Assembly: GCA_000934665.2 (NCBI GenBank)
Contig: JYFJ02002815.1
Location: 1 to 50,358 of the forward strand
Source: Catajapyx aquilonaris
Taxonomy: Eukaryota
Direction: 5' to 3'
DNA length: 50,358 bases
The notes beneath the pieces are model-generated. The model did not search any database. It was not told where the DNA came from and saw only the letters and a list, made by a program, of their open reading frames with translations. Shown piece after piece: positions 26,401 through 38,176 of the stretch. Each line of letters starts with the position of its first letter. Position 1 is the stretch's first letter. A program made the position numbers and the translations under genes.

Positions 26401-29400
26401 TTCATGTTATCTAATGAACGTTTGTAATTTGTGATGAAAATGGATTCTATTCATCTGTTCAAGTCTGACAAGAAGGTTCTTTTCACTTGCAAGAAAAATC
26501 GAATTACCGGACCAAAAAAACAAACAAAAAAAACAAAGCGTAAAGAGACACTAGAGCCGTGGTTTCCAACCTGGGGGTCGCTAGCTTTGGTTCAACATAT
26601 TTTTTTTGCGATAAATGTGCAATAATGAATAATTAGATAATCAAAAATGGGTGAATACTGTGTGCGAGTTTCAGTTTTGAGCTATAATTAAACTACAGAA
26701 ATTTGGAAACTTTCGCCCTCATGCCTTCTCTATCATTCTGCAGAGACACCACTACCGAGCTCTCTATGAAACCAATCAAGGTGCACTTATATTTGAAGGA
26801 AAGCAGCTATGCAGGGGAAGCAGATGCAATGATTGAAAATGACTGTTAGCTGGCATATTTCGCAGATATGTTTGAGGAGCTGAATGTGTTCCAACACGTC
26901 TCTGCAAGGGGTCAAATCAAGCAACATTTTTTAATCACATAAAAAATAAGTGCATTTTAATTAAAACTCGAACTCTGGCTGGCAGAAAAAAGTGGAGCAA
27001 CGCTGAGTAACCCGAGTAACCAGTATTGTTGGAGGGGAAAATCGATTGTTACTTTCACCTCCAACAATATTGGTTACCTCACTCGGCGATGACTTTGCTC
27101 GTCAAATCGCTCACATGTAAACGGGGCTTTACCTTTGATCACAGAACTTGACCTAAGTGGTGGACCATCTTTTGCATTGTACAATGTTGTTCCACAATTT
27201 CCTCACATCCACTGGCTCCAATTAGGACTTATAATAATTCATATGAGAGGCTTACTGCCAATTTATTGTTGTTCACATTAAGCTTGACTTAGGTGTCACA
27301 AAATAAGAAGATATATAATCATGCAATACAAATAATAGGAATTCGTTTTCATTTGTATGGAATGATAATTATGTTGGTACTTCAAGGAATGATTCAGTGA
27401 AAGACTGGGCTGTTGACCTGTGTTACAGTGGTTGGCTCTAAATTGCCTGTTGGTTGACCTTCATGTATAATAGGTTAGGTTAAGTTAGACACACATCACG
27501 TGGTAGTATTTTGCACTGGTTGCTCATTAATTGCTCATTATATTCTGTCAATTTCTCCTCTTCTCATTGCAGATATTGGACCCCTTCATCCGCCTGTACC
27601 AGCTTCTCTACTGTGACCATTGCAATGGTGCATTTGCCACAAAGAGGAACCTGGTGAGGCACATGCTGAAGAAACACATCAATCCTGAGCCTCAGGTAAT
27701 ACAATAAATCTATGTACAGAATTGATATTGTAGGTAGGGACTAGGGTTTCCTACATAGAGAGGTTTGCATTAATAAGATAGTAATATACAGTATATTTTT
27801 CACAAGAAATCATTGATATATTATTTTGCCATATCAAAATGTTGATGGTATCACTAATTTTTGGGGATCCACATTCTTGGACATGTGACCAGTAGAATGC
27901 CACGTACATTATTTTGGTTAGGGTTACACATGTGACGAAAACTCATTACGGTGCAAATTTGCATTTTCGTCACCTTCCTCTTTCTATTGATATACAGGGT
28001 GGTCGGAAAGTAACTCTATTAGAAACATGTAAGAACTTTGTCAAATATTGCTCAATTGTCATGAAGCAAGTTTTATTTTGTAACATGAAATGGGAGAATT
28101 TGTCTGCAAACTTAAAATTTCACATAGGAACGAGTGTTTTCCGTCAATTTCTGTAGGCGATTCGGTATGCATGCTACAGACTTATATGCACGTAATCCTG
28201 CAGTACTTTTCCCAGCACATCTCGAATGCTCTCTCAAGTTGATCTAAATTTTGCAGTTTGGTGCGGCACACGCGCTCCTTTGACCAGGCCAGGAAGTGGC
28301 GAGAGCAACTCTCATGCACGCTAAAGGCCGGTATCCACTGACGAGATTCTCGCATGCGAGGAGCCGCGAGGAGCCAACTGCGCATGCCCAGATACGAGGA
28401 AGTTGAAAATGTTCAACTTTTTCCCATTTCCTCGTATCTGGGCATGCGCAGTTGGCTCCTCGTGGCTCCTCGTATGCGAGAATCTCGTACGTGGATACCG
28501 GCCTTACGGCGTTGCACCATTTTGACTGCTTGCATGACTGATCCTTCCATCTAGTGGGCAGCCGTTTTAATTCTCCCATTTCAAGTTACTAAATAAAACT
28601 TGTTTCATGAAAATGGAGCAATATTTGACGAAGTTATTACATGTTTCTAATAGGGAGTTACTTTCCGACCACCCTGTACATGGTTATTGGGTTTTGACCA
28701 CTTCCAATAACTGAGAAAAAAATTCTTAAAAAAATGACTCATTTTCAGCCCTTTCCCAAATTTCGCGATTTTCCTCCTCCCCACAGTATTACGCAATATG
28801 GCTGAAACTTGATATTTTGGGTTATACTTTTTTCCTCGATGGTTGATCGAGCAACACTATGTCCAATTACTCCTAGATATTTTGAAGAATTTGGTATTTT
28901 GACTGCCCCAAGGTCAAAAACGAAGTTCAGACAGAATGAAGGAATGACCTAAGGAACATAGAAATAGCAAGGAATTCCCATGGTCAAAAAAGGTGTTACA
29001 GAGTAGTTTTGCCCATGTAAGCATACATCGAATATTCTAATAAGTAGATGGCAAAACTTGACGATAAAGAGACACATGTTCATCAATACTGCATGTACTG
29101 TACCAAATTTCATGAGAATTGAAGAAGGGAAAAGGTGGGCCACTGAATATGGATTACCTGAATAAATAACATTGTGTAGCAAGCATATAGAGTTCAACAC
29201 TCCTTTCCAATGCATTTATGAGATGTCATATATTTCAGGGAAAAGGTGCTGAAGAGAAAATGAAGAATGGAGTACAGCAAGACACGAAGAAAAGACGACT
29301 CTTCAGGGGGATTTGCAAGAAGACATGTAGTTCCGAGAGTAATTTGAAGAGTCACATAGGAATCCATTCTGGCGAGAACCGGTTGACCTGCCAAGTGTGC

Positions 29401-30309
29401 AGCAAAAAGTTTTGTCATGCTTCTGCTGTGGGACGCCACATGCTAATCCACAGAGGGGAGAAGCCATTTAGCTGTGATGTTTGCAAAAGAAAGTTTACTG
29501 AGAAACGCACTCTAAAAGATCACAAGATGATTCATGAAGGAGTGAAGCCATACACTTGCCTAATTTGCAACAAAAAGTTTAGTCAAGCTTCTGCTGTGGG
29601 ACGCCACATGCTAATCCACAGAGGGGAGAAGCCATTTAGCTGTGATGTTTGCAAAAGAAAGTTTACTCAGAAAGGCACTCTAAAACATCACCAGATGATT
29701 CATGAAGGAGTGAAGCCATACAGTTGCCTAATCTGCAAAAAAAAGTTTCGAGGGTCTGGAGGTTTTAATAGCCATATGAGGGTTCACACAGGGGAGAAGC
29801 CATACAGTTGCCTAATTTGTGAGAGAAAATTTACTGAGTCAGGACAATTGAACAAACATATGAAGGTTCACACTGGAGAAAAGCCCTTCTGTTGCCAATT
29901 TTGCAAGAAAAAATTTGCTGAGGCAGGAGGTTTGAATAGGCATATGCGGATTCACACAGGAGAAAAACCATTCAGTTGCCAAATTTGCAGCAAAAAGTTT
30001 GGTCAGTCAACATTATTGAATATTCATATGAGGGTTCACACAGGGGAAAAGCCATTCAGGTGCATAATTTGCAAGAGGATGTTTAGGACCACACAATGTC
30101 TGTTGGTACACATGAGAAGTCACACAGGCGAGACGCTACATGGTTGCCAAGTTTGTAAGAAAAGATTTATTCGTTTGGGACACTTACGAAGGCATATGAG
30201 AATTCACACTGGCGAGAAACCCTACTTTTGCGAGATTTGCATGGAAAGGTTCAGACACTCAGGGAGTTTGAAAAGGCATCATATTAGAAAACACAAAGGA
30301 GAAAAGTGA
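23469..30309 (+). CDS. C2H2 zinc-finger protein, about 455 aa: two isolated N-terminal fingers plus a tandem array of 11 intact and 1 degenerate fingers
   Basis: Phase-0 exons 23469-23642 (FPCPCCPGKTFKRRLDLLAHNTTH, VKVEVKEKP), 27573-27695 (YCDHCNGAFATKRNLVRHMLKKH) and 29239-30309 (CxxC..F..L..HxxxH fingers with TGEKP-type linkers). The final exon is certain; the start codon and upstream exon linkage are inferred. Confidence 0.85.
24112..25272. mobile_element. About 1.15 kb fold-back element (long inverted arms) in the zinc-finger gene intron
   Basis: 24366-24530 is the reverse complement of 24817-24975, and 24112-24270 of 25104-25270. The motif ggcacaatctcacccc recurs. Confidence 0.7.
25790..26470 (+). 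pseudogene. Decayed hAT transposase fragment (SPIN/GTF2IRD2-like)
   Basis: Frame-shifted remnants: KTINFIRAQGL, YDRVRCFQTKLHLWEAQM, LITEFEKRFRDF..DIQLF, QMELI, LAMCGSMRLCEQ..MMNVNRT..LSNERL (hAT C-terminal dimerisation-like). A further hAT-like fragment LAYFADMFEELN lies at about 26850. Confidence 0.7.
27995..28676 (-). mobile_element. Tc1/mariner deletion derivative with a nested Harbinger-like MITE
   Basis: TA|CAGGGTGGTCGGAAAGTAACT.. TIRs of about 105 bp ..AGTTACTTTCCGACCACCCTG|TA. Transposase C-terminal remnant FLAWSKERVCRTKLQNLDQLERAFEMCW. Confidence 0.8.
28325..28504. mobile_element. Second copy of the palindromic Harbinger-like MITE
   Basis: Same AGGCCGGTATCCAC termini and GAGGAGCCAACTGCGCATGCCCAGATACGAG arms as 20273-20463. 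Confidence 0.8.
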
Positions 30310-31203
30310 TTTTTGATTGTTTAAACCCCCCCCACCCATTCAAACAGCCACTGCATTTGTCAAGTTACCTACACACATCATGTTAGCGACTCTCAATTTC
30401 TGTGAAGCACTTCCTGAGACATCACTGAGGGAGGATTAAAAGTCAGACAGTAAAAAGATAAGTAGAGATGCAAAGGACCCGAAACAGAAGGGTTAAAGAT
30501 GGGAACTAAATATGCTGGCAGTCCGATTTGTTGTATGTGAACTGTGATCCAGTGTATACGGTGGCCACGAATAAAGGAGCACATGTTTGATGAGCAGTAA
30601 AATGATGAAGAAAATTTATACGAGCAAGTGAAACTACAAGTGAGTCAGGAAAACAATGCTCATCGATTTTCCATTTTGGGTCAACTTGGACTGCATTCAA
30701 GTCAATGCATTAGCAAGCTTTAAGTCTTTTTTGCCCTTCTCGCATGCGTTTCTGCTGATCATAACAGGAATGATGAGTTGTTATGTTGTGATGGGTGTAC
30801 TTTTGTGGGCTAAACTAGGATATAAAGTGGCTAGTGGGTGGATACTGGGTTTAACATGTGTCACTTATTGTTGCGAAAATTTTGCATACAATGAATAGCT
30901 TTTTTTTTTTTTTTAACTTTGGGATTACCTGTGTTTCAAACCTGGTGCAATCGACCCTTCATATACCCAGGCGATGAACATACCAGTAATGGTAAAAATG
31001 TTTTTATTAATTTACCCATTCCCATTCTCTTGCTTAATTTTATTACCTCATGCCTACCTTTCTCTCAGGGAAATTGTGACTGCAGCTTGGGCCGTAGCTA
31101 GTGGCTTGGGAGGCCCTGTTTACCTCCCCCCTCCACTTATAGTTCTGCACCACTTTCATTTAGTAAGCCTTTTAAAAATAGCTATTTGGTGTTTTTTTTC
31201 TTG

Positions 31204-31767
31204 TTAACCCCTTGAGCCCCGGTTACACCCGCCATCGCCTAGTTTTCCGCTTACGAGTACTCTGAAGATACAGCTATACTTACCCGATCAGGAAAAACCC
31301 TATGAATGTGTCTGGAACAATTTTCCTCCTCTGCAAGTCCCTGAAATTAATTTCCAAAAATATCGCTGGAAAACTCGAAAGTCCAGTGCTTCCAGCCAAC
31401 TACTTGGCTGATTTAATTATGAAACACGTTAAAATACATGGAATAACAATATTGAGAATAGTGCTAGATGAATTTGCTGAAATCGTTGTACTTTGTGAGA
31501 AGTAAATTATTTCTTATATGCGGCTTTCCTGTTACTCCGGAAATCTCCCAGTCGTGTATTTCTCGCGAAGTACGACGATTTCAGCAACTTCGTCTGGCAA
31601 GGTTCTCAAGGTTAATATTCTATATATTTTAATGTATTTCATAATTAAATCAGCCTAACAGTGGGATGACAATTCTTGAATTTTGAGTGTTTCTACAGCA
31701 ATCTTTTTGGAATTTTTCTATTTTAGGGACTTGTAGAGGAGCAAAAATTGTTCCAAACACATTCATA
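31204..31767. mobile_element. piggyBac-like MITE fragment with a long internal inverted repeat
   Basis: Left end TTAA|CCC. 31301-31505 is the reverse complement of 31556-31767. It is absent from duplicate units 2 and 3, and no right terminus was found. Confidence 0.5.
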
Positions 31768-32389
31768 GCATAGTCAATCAACATGGTTTATTATGTACTG
31801 TTAAGTTACTTGTTAATCAGCAGAGCTGGTTAATTAATCTGTTAGGTTATGTGTGCATGTGTTTGGTAGCCTGAATATTTTTGAAACATTTGTAATGAAT
31901 TGAACATATTATAAAACATGACATTTTGTTTATTCATGTTTCCCTTTATACTTGTGCCTATAATGTATACGGAGACAATAAAATACATTTAATTGGGTTC
32001 TTCTCTTTCCAACAATGATTTTCAGGAAGCAGAGTGGCACTGATGAGAACATTATTTTACTATGGCCCGGTCTCACCATATAAATCCTCGATCTTAACAA
32101 TAAGATTGGTGCCACAGCCACCATTGTTGACAACAATCAAAGGGTAAGCAGGATTGTTCGATAAGGAACTCGGATTTATAATGTGTAACCTGCTGGTATG
32201 ATGAAACCCGGCCTAAGACAAGGATGGCAGTAATGGATCGTTTAGGTCAGAGTGCGCAGTGCATCGCATGGAAAATAAACGACATTTAAATTTGCAGAGG
32301 GTTTTTCTCCCCGAGTTACTGAACGTTCCATTTCTGTTGGCGCCACCTTCATTGCCCTGAATGCGGTTGGCCACCCTGTGGCCTGTAGT

Positions 32390-32515
32390 CCAACCAAGAT
32401 GGCGGATGAGTTGCCGTGAGAAGAAGAGCCGCGGGAGAGTCTCTCGGTGGTTGTTGTTCCGCTAAAACCAGTCTCAGCACCGACTCGTGGGGAAGGAGAC
32501 TAGGAGTGGAGCTTG
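32390..32515 (+). promoter_or_regulatory. Probable TSS region and non-coding exon 1 of F-box copy 1 (homologues at about 40966-41091 and 48228-48350)
   Basis: YY1-like CAAGATGGCGG, a CpG-richer segment, and the donor CTTG|gtgagg conserved in all three copies. Confidence 0.5.
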
Positions 32516-32872
32516 GTGAGGATTGGAAGGTGTGTTAAGGACCGTGGGAGGAAAGGTGAGGATGAGGCGCACTTGCTCTTGAAACAGGGATTCATTGCGA
32601 GGCCTAGGCTCACCTGGTTCATTCCATACCCTTGGAAAAAGAACATGTCATTTAGGGGAGTTTAGGGTAGTATTGAGGGAGTGGAGGCACAGGGCTAGGC
32701 ATTGGGGTGCCCCGCAGCTGGCCCCCGGGCCACAGCACACATTCACAGACACCAGGAGAACTCACAAGTCGCAGAAGATCTGACAAACCCTGCCCAATAA
32801 GCAACAACACAAGTCAGGCTCGAAGATGTACCCAACTACTAAGACCGTCGTCATTGTTTTGATGACGTAGAG

Positions 32873-33397
32873 CAGGTGTTCTTAACCTCTTCGTGCCTCC
32901 GCACCCCTTTGAAGACAGTTGGTCGCACCCCCTATACCAGGGGTGATTGATTAAGTACATTGTTAGACTAATGTAAGTCGGGAAGGCGCTGTGGCCCAGA
33001 TGGTAACGTCTCGGCTTGCTGAGCGGAAGGTCCCGGGTTCGATCCCCGCCCGGGATTTCCCTTCCGCCTGCGTCAGTGGGTCTCTGGACCGCGCCTAGGA
33101 AGGCGTCTTGGCAACCTAGCCTTCTGGGGGACTGCACATGACCCATATTCCGACATTGCACTTGCACCTGTGTCCCCTCTCCAAAAATCCCTATCCTTAC
33201 CCCACTTGCTTCCCTGCACGGAGAACGAAGAAAAAGTATGAAATACTAGAAAACAAACAGATTGTGGTAGGCCACCCCCCCTATAACAACTTACAGTTGT
33301 ATCACAGGGTAAAATAAATAAAATAAATAAATAAATAAATCGACTAATGTAAGTCCAGAGGTGCACCTGGCTCGCACACCCAGGTTTAGAACTGCTG
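32873..33397. mobile_element. hAT-type MITE hosting the SINE; homologues at about 41956-42110 and 49642-49796
   Basis: Termini CAGG(T/G)GTTCTTAACC...GGTT(T/A)AGAAC(T/C)GCTG and a near-perfect 8-bp TSD acgtagag/atgtagag. Confidence 0.65.
32980..33341 (+). mobile_element. tRNA-derived SINE (tRNA-Ala-like head) with (TAAA)n tail and 14-bp TSD
   Basis: A box TGGCCCAGATGG, B box GGTTCGATCCC, tail aaataaataaataaat. TSD GACTAATGTAAGTC at 32966-32979 and 33342-33355. The site is empty in copies 2 (about 42056) and 3 (about 49741). Confidence 0.88.
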
Positions 33398-33695
33398 ATG
33401 TAGAGCTAAAAGGTCCATTATTACTGAGGGTTCCTGTATTTGTCCTGTTGATGTGTGACCTCTATTGTGACCCGCCCTGTAGTGCTGGAGTGATTGCGAG
33501 GACTGGCAGTGGATGTTTCCAGTGGTTTCAACCAGTTGACAGCAGCACTTTCCTATTGGCCATTATTTTTCTGCAGCATAATTTTTTACTGGCCCTCTTC
33601 TTTCATATCCTCACCTTTTGTCATCAGTCTTTGCTCAGATCCGGATATGCATTGTGTTCCAGAGGCTCCTTCTACAAGCCAGCAATAGTAAGAGC

Positions 33696-36600
33696 ATGGT
33701 GGGCATACGGAGGTCAGCGCGGTTGAGGTCCAGGGAGGACAACAAGGAAGCGAAGAGGCAGAGGCTGGAAGATGGTGGGGATGATCAAGGTGGGCATGGA
33801 GGGGCACAGGCTGCACCAGAACAGCAGGAGGTAAACAATAATTATGAAAATGGAAGGCTGCAGGAATTTTGAAACACTCCCTTCATAATAATCAGTGCCA
33901 GAAGACATAGTGAGACGCTGCTTTTTTTTTTCTTTCTTCCTTTCTTTCTTTTTTTTTTTGCAGGGCTACAAGAAGCTTCCTACAGAAATATGGCTTCACA
34001 TATTTTCCTTCTTGCCTGCACAATTTCTGCTACTGGGAGCTGCCCTCGTCTGCAAAGAATGGCACGAAATGGCCGTGGTGCAGAAGAAGCACTTGCAGGA
34101 AGTCAAGTTTGTTCTCGGGAGTGCTTCTTCTACTGAGACTGCAGCCAGAGCATGCAGGTTGATCCGCAGCATGCCTAACCTTAAGATAGTCAGACTTCAT
34201 TGCCGGTATGGCTCGGTGGATGTGATTTTGAGGACAGTTGCCAAGAAGCTTCCAGGCCTTGAAGTGCTTGATTTGCATTATGTCACGATCCGTAACATAC
34301 GGTCCCTGGAGTTGGTGGCTCAGAGGTGAGTTTGTAATGTCATGAATTTTCCAATTTGGTGACTGGTATTATTCACTTTGATTAAAAGTTTATGCATGAC
34401 TTTCATTACCTTTGCAAGGGAATCACACTATGACAATGCCTTTTAAGAACTAATATGTGTTTTTAGCCAATGGTTGGAGCAATAATAAAGGGAACAATAA
34501 TTTTTGGGATCACAGGTGTACTTTACTGTGTACATATACCTGATTTTTTTTTAGAACTTTAAGGCAGAGTCATTCCATGTGAAATGGGCCAGGGGGGTTG
34601 CTCGACCATCTAGTTAATTTTTTTTTGCTTTAGGCATGGGGGAGGCTGTGCCCTGGAGAAAATGAGACCATTGGGCCAGGTGGTATAATTATTATGTCAG
34701 TTAGTAAGCCATATGGCCTGGGTCTGAATTAATACTTCCTATTGTCTTAGGGCTGCAAAATGAACGCCCGCCTGGAAAGTTGCAGCCGCCAAAGTGTTTA
34801 CGTTACCTTGGTTACCTGCGGTTTGCGGGAGGGAGCGAAAACGAACACCCTTGCAGGTTGCAAGTCGGCCTGCAGATTGCAGACTTGCAGCCACAAGTTG
34901 CAGGCAGGTTGAGGGGTCCCGCAAGTGACTTGCAGTCGGTTTTGTAGTGGGGAAATCTTCACTTGGACACTATACTGATCACTTTTGGTCCGAGTACATT
35001 TTCGGCCCCACGCAGTTTCTTCGTCGTGGGGTACCTTTATTACAACGGTATACCAAATTTGGTGATAAGAAAAGTGACCCACGAACTTGCAACACCCTGT
35101 ATATAGCTAATGTAATGTAATAGTATGGTTGATATAACGAATATAGCTAGTATGATTGCTATATTGGTTATAGCCAGTATGATGGATACACACGGTGTTC
35201 GAAATTCGTGGCTCGTTTTTATATTAGTTATTATTTGTAGCTTGTTGTGCCCCTAACCAGATGGCCCATTCTATAGCAACTCGACTCCCTGGGAGTAAAA
35301 TGGAGCACAACAAGCCACAAAAATAACTACTATTGGGTGATATCAGTTATAAAAACCTACCCACGAATTTCGAACACCCTGTATAACCAATAAACCTGTA
35401 TGACAATATAACTGAGTTATATTCGTTATTATGGTAGTTGTATGTTACGCACATTGGTTATAACTGGTATGATGTAACCAATGTAACCAGTATGTCTGAT
35501 ATAACCATTATAACAACAGTAGTTTGACAGTTTTATTAGTTATAACTAAATGACTAACATAGCCAATGTAACTATGGTAGTATGATAGTAATACATTGGT
35601 TATAACTATAGTATGTGTGATGTAACCAATATGACTACTATGGAATAACTGATATCACAATGCAGTTTCTCACCAAATATCAGGCAAAAAAATCTGGAGC
35701 TTGTTCCTATCAGTTATTATAGCTACCGCTAAATATACTGTCTGCCAAAATAGCCGCGTTAAAACTCTCAACCCGGGTCTGAATAATCCTATATTGTTAT
35801 AACTTGGTGGGACCAAATTGTATCAAAATATTGTGCTTTATCTTTGACTGGACTACTGACAATGGATTACGATGAAAAATTGTGACCATGTACATTATTG
35901 GGCTGTCATTGGATGGCGGGCGGCTCTGGACCATAATATATTCTGTGATATATGAAAGATACAGTATATGGGATGATGATGATGATGATGATGGTAGTGG
36001 TGGTGGTGGTGTTACACTGAACACCTATCCCCATAATGCTTACATTAAGTCAAGGTGGGGTGGAGGGCCCATATTCAAAGCTGAAAGATCCGCATATATG
36101 AAGAATGCTACAGAGATAATTTTGTGCTGCAGGTTCAGATAGCCACATTTAGAGCTTCTCTCTCACACTCCAGCATGTCCCCCGAGACGATGGACCTGCA
36201 CCGAACAGTTAGTTATGGTTTAAAGTCTACTGCAAAAAATAATGATAATTATCCGAGCACAATAAACCGCAATTGTAGGCATAAAACTACCCGCGTCCAT
36301 GCAGCCCGCCGTAAGCGGAAGGCAGGGGAGGTGAACATCTGTCGACAGCAGTGGCGGCATTCGATTTTGTTGGGGGGCTGAGCTTTTCCATTGGAAGGAT
36401 ACCCGATCGGCATACTTGGTTAGTCCAGGTACTATAACAATGGGTATAACAATGGGTATAACAAACGTGGCTTCATGATATGGCTTCCTTCCTGGCGGTT
36501 TCCGTATTTCCAAACCTGCCTACTTGCAGTCCGACCGCAACATTTGCAACCGCACGAAAACGGTGTTCTTTTTAGCTCGCCACCGTAACTATGGAGACCG

Positions 36601-38176
36601 AATGCAGGTAACTTGTTTACTGCAAGTACTTGCAGGCGGGCGTTCATTTTGCAGCCCTAAAGTGTATAGCCTACTTAACAATCGGTAACAATGCGAGCCC
36701 TTGGCGACCACGTAAACAAACTCGCGTATGCATGGACAACACATGGGGATTCGACATGTCTACGCTTCTGCGGCCGTGCGGCCGCAAACATGTAGCAATG
36801 GACACAAAAATTGCACCAAAAAATAGGACATGATCTGGCGCAGGGCACCTTCGTCATGGTTTTCCCCGATTAACGGTGTGTTTCGCTACAATAAATAAAA
36901 TTCCCTCAAAAATGCGCCTGACGTATTTTTGCTAATGCGCCCCCTTAAGACAAAAAAAAGTTTATTCCACGTGTGACTTGAAAATTCAGGAAATTCAGGA
37001 AATTTCATCACCGAGGCAGGGTGGTGTTGATTGACACAAACTACAGTAGTTTGTGAAAGTATGGAAATTGTGTGACCTGCCTGAGTTGGCCTTACATTTG
37101 CAACAGAAATGTAGGCAAAGTTTTTAGAACCAATCACACAAAATGGGTTCCTATCTTCTCCTTTTGCAAACCTCCTTCTTGGACAACTGCTAAAACCTAG
37201 AATTACATCCTGTACTCATATTCCAAACTTGCTCTTGTTTTATTATTTAAGATGAGTTTTATTACCATTTGTGGTTATTATTAATTTGTAATGGTTATTA
37301 TTGAGGTGTTAATTACTTAGGAAATGCAGCAAGGACAGGATTTCCCATCCACTTATTAAGACAATTAATTTTGTTCTTTGTTTTTACACCTACAGTTGCC
37401 AGTCCCTTAGAGAAGTTCGACTTGATGGGAATTCTAGCTACAATTGCAAGTATCCTCGCCACATCCTGGATACATTTTCCACCTGCCCCAAACTGAAGAA
37501 GTTTATAGTGGACACACACTACTTGTCCGGTGTGCTGCCCATAGACGAACTCATTGTGAGGAAATGGCCAAAGCTCACTGATGTTGAATTTGACTTTTTT
37601 CCGTCAACTCAAAATGCAATGACCTTGAAGATTGTGATTGACACAGTAGGAGGCCAGCTGCGTCGACTAAAAGTAGGTCGCATGGGTCATACAGACAATG
37701 CCGGGCATGACCCATACCTTCCCATTGGACAGTGCCACCAGTTGGAAGAGCTCATTATTTGTAAGGGATATGAGGTGAAGAAGACTACCCTTGTAGAGGT
37801 GATTCGCAACCTGCCACACCTGCGCAGACTGGAACTGGGCCGGGTGTATCCTGATGGCACTGGGAAGTTCCTGGGCCTTTTTTCCCTGGCACAAGCAGCC
37901 AGTCGCCTAGAGAGCCTTAAGTTGCACATGTGCAATGTTCTGACAGACCGCTGCATGTCGGCCATAGCCTCCAGGTGCTTGGAGCTGACTCATGTGACTT
38001 TCTCCAAGTGTTCAGGTTTTACCTACACTGGCTTTTACAAGGTGATCGCTCAATGCAAAAAATTGAAGACTGTTAGCGTCCAAGGGTGCAGTAATATCTT
38101 GATTGATCGAAATTGTCGTAAGAAGGTGAAAGAGCTCAATCCAAATGTTGTGTTAACATCTACAGAACAGTGTTAA
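33696..38176 (+). CDS. F-box/leucine-rich repeat protein (FBXL-like), copy 1, about 425 aa
   Basis: Exons 33696-33830, 33964-34325, 37396-38176 (1278 nt, phases consistent). F-box LPTEIWLHIFSFLP..AALVCKEWHEMA, followed by AMN1/FBXL-type LRRs (MPNLKIVRL, LPGLEVLDL, CPKLKKFIV, CHQLEELII, LPHLRRLEL, CLELTHVTFSKC, CKKLKTVSVQGC). Confidence 0.88.
34747..36660. mobile_element. About 1.9 kb non-autonomous TIR transposon (Harbinger- or hAT-like) in an intron of F-box copy 1
   Basis: Perfect 28-bp TIR TTAGGGCTGCAAAATGAACGCCCGCCTG, subterminal ttgcag repeats, and an ATAACC-rich interior. Absent at the equivalent site of copy 2 (about 44400). The TSD is not clean. Confidence 0.75.
35191..35381. mobile_element. 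Small Tc1/mariner MITE nested in the 1.9 kb element
   Basis: TIR CA(C/G)GGTGTTCGAAATTCGTGG, internally palindromic, with TA on the right flank. Confidence 0.65.

Noticed and set aside
32980..33055. tRNA gene (A and B boxes, tRNA-Ala-like T arm)
   Set aside because: The acceptor stem does not pair, and it is followed by a body, a (TAAA)n tail and a TSD. It is a SINE head.
35100..35660. Recurrent ATAACC/GGTTAT motifs resembling a CRISPR or satellite array
   Set aside because: No constant repeat-spacer period, and the context is eukaryotic. It is the low-complexity interior of a TIR element.
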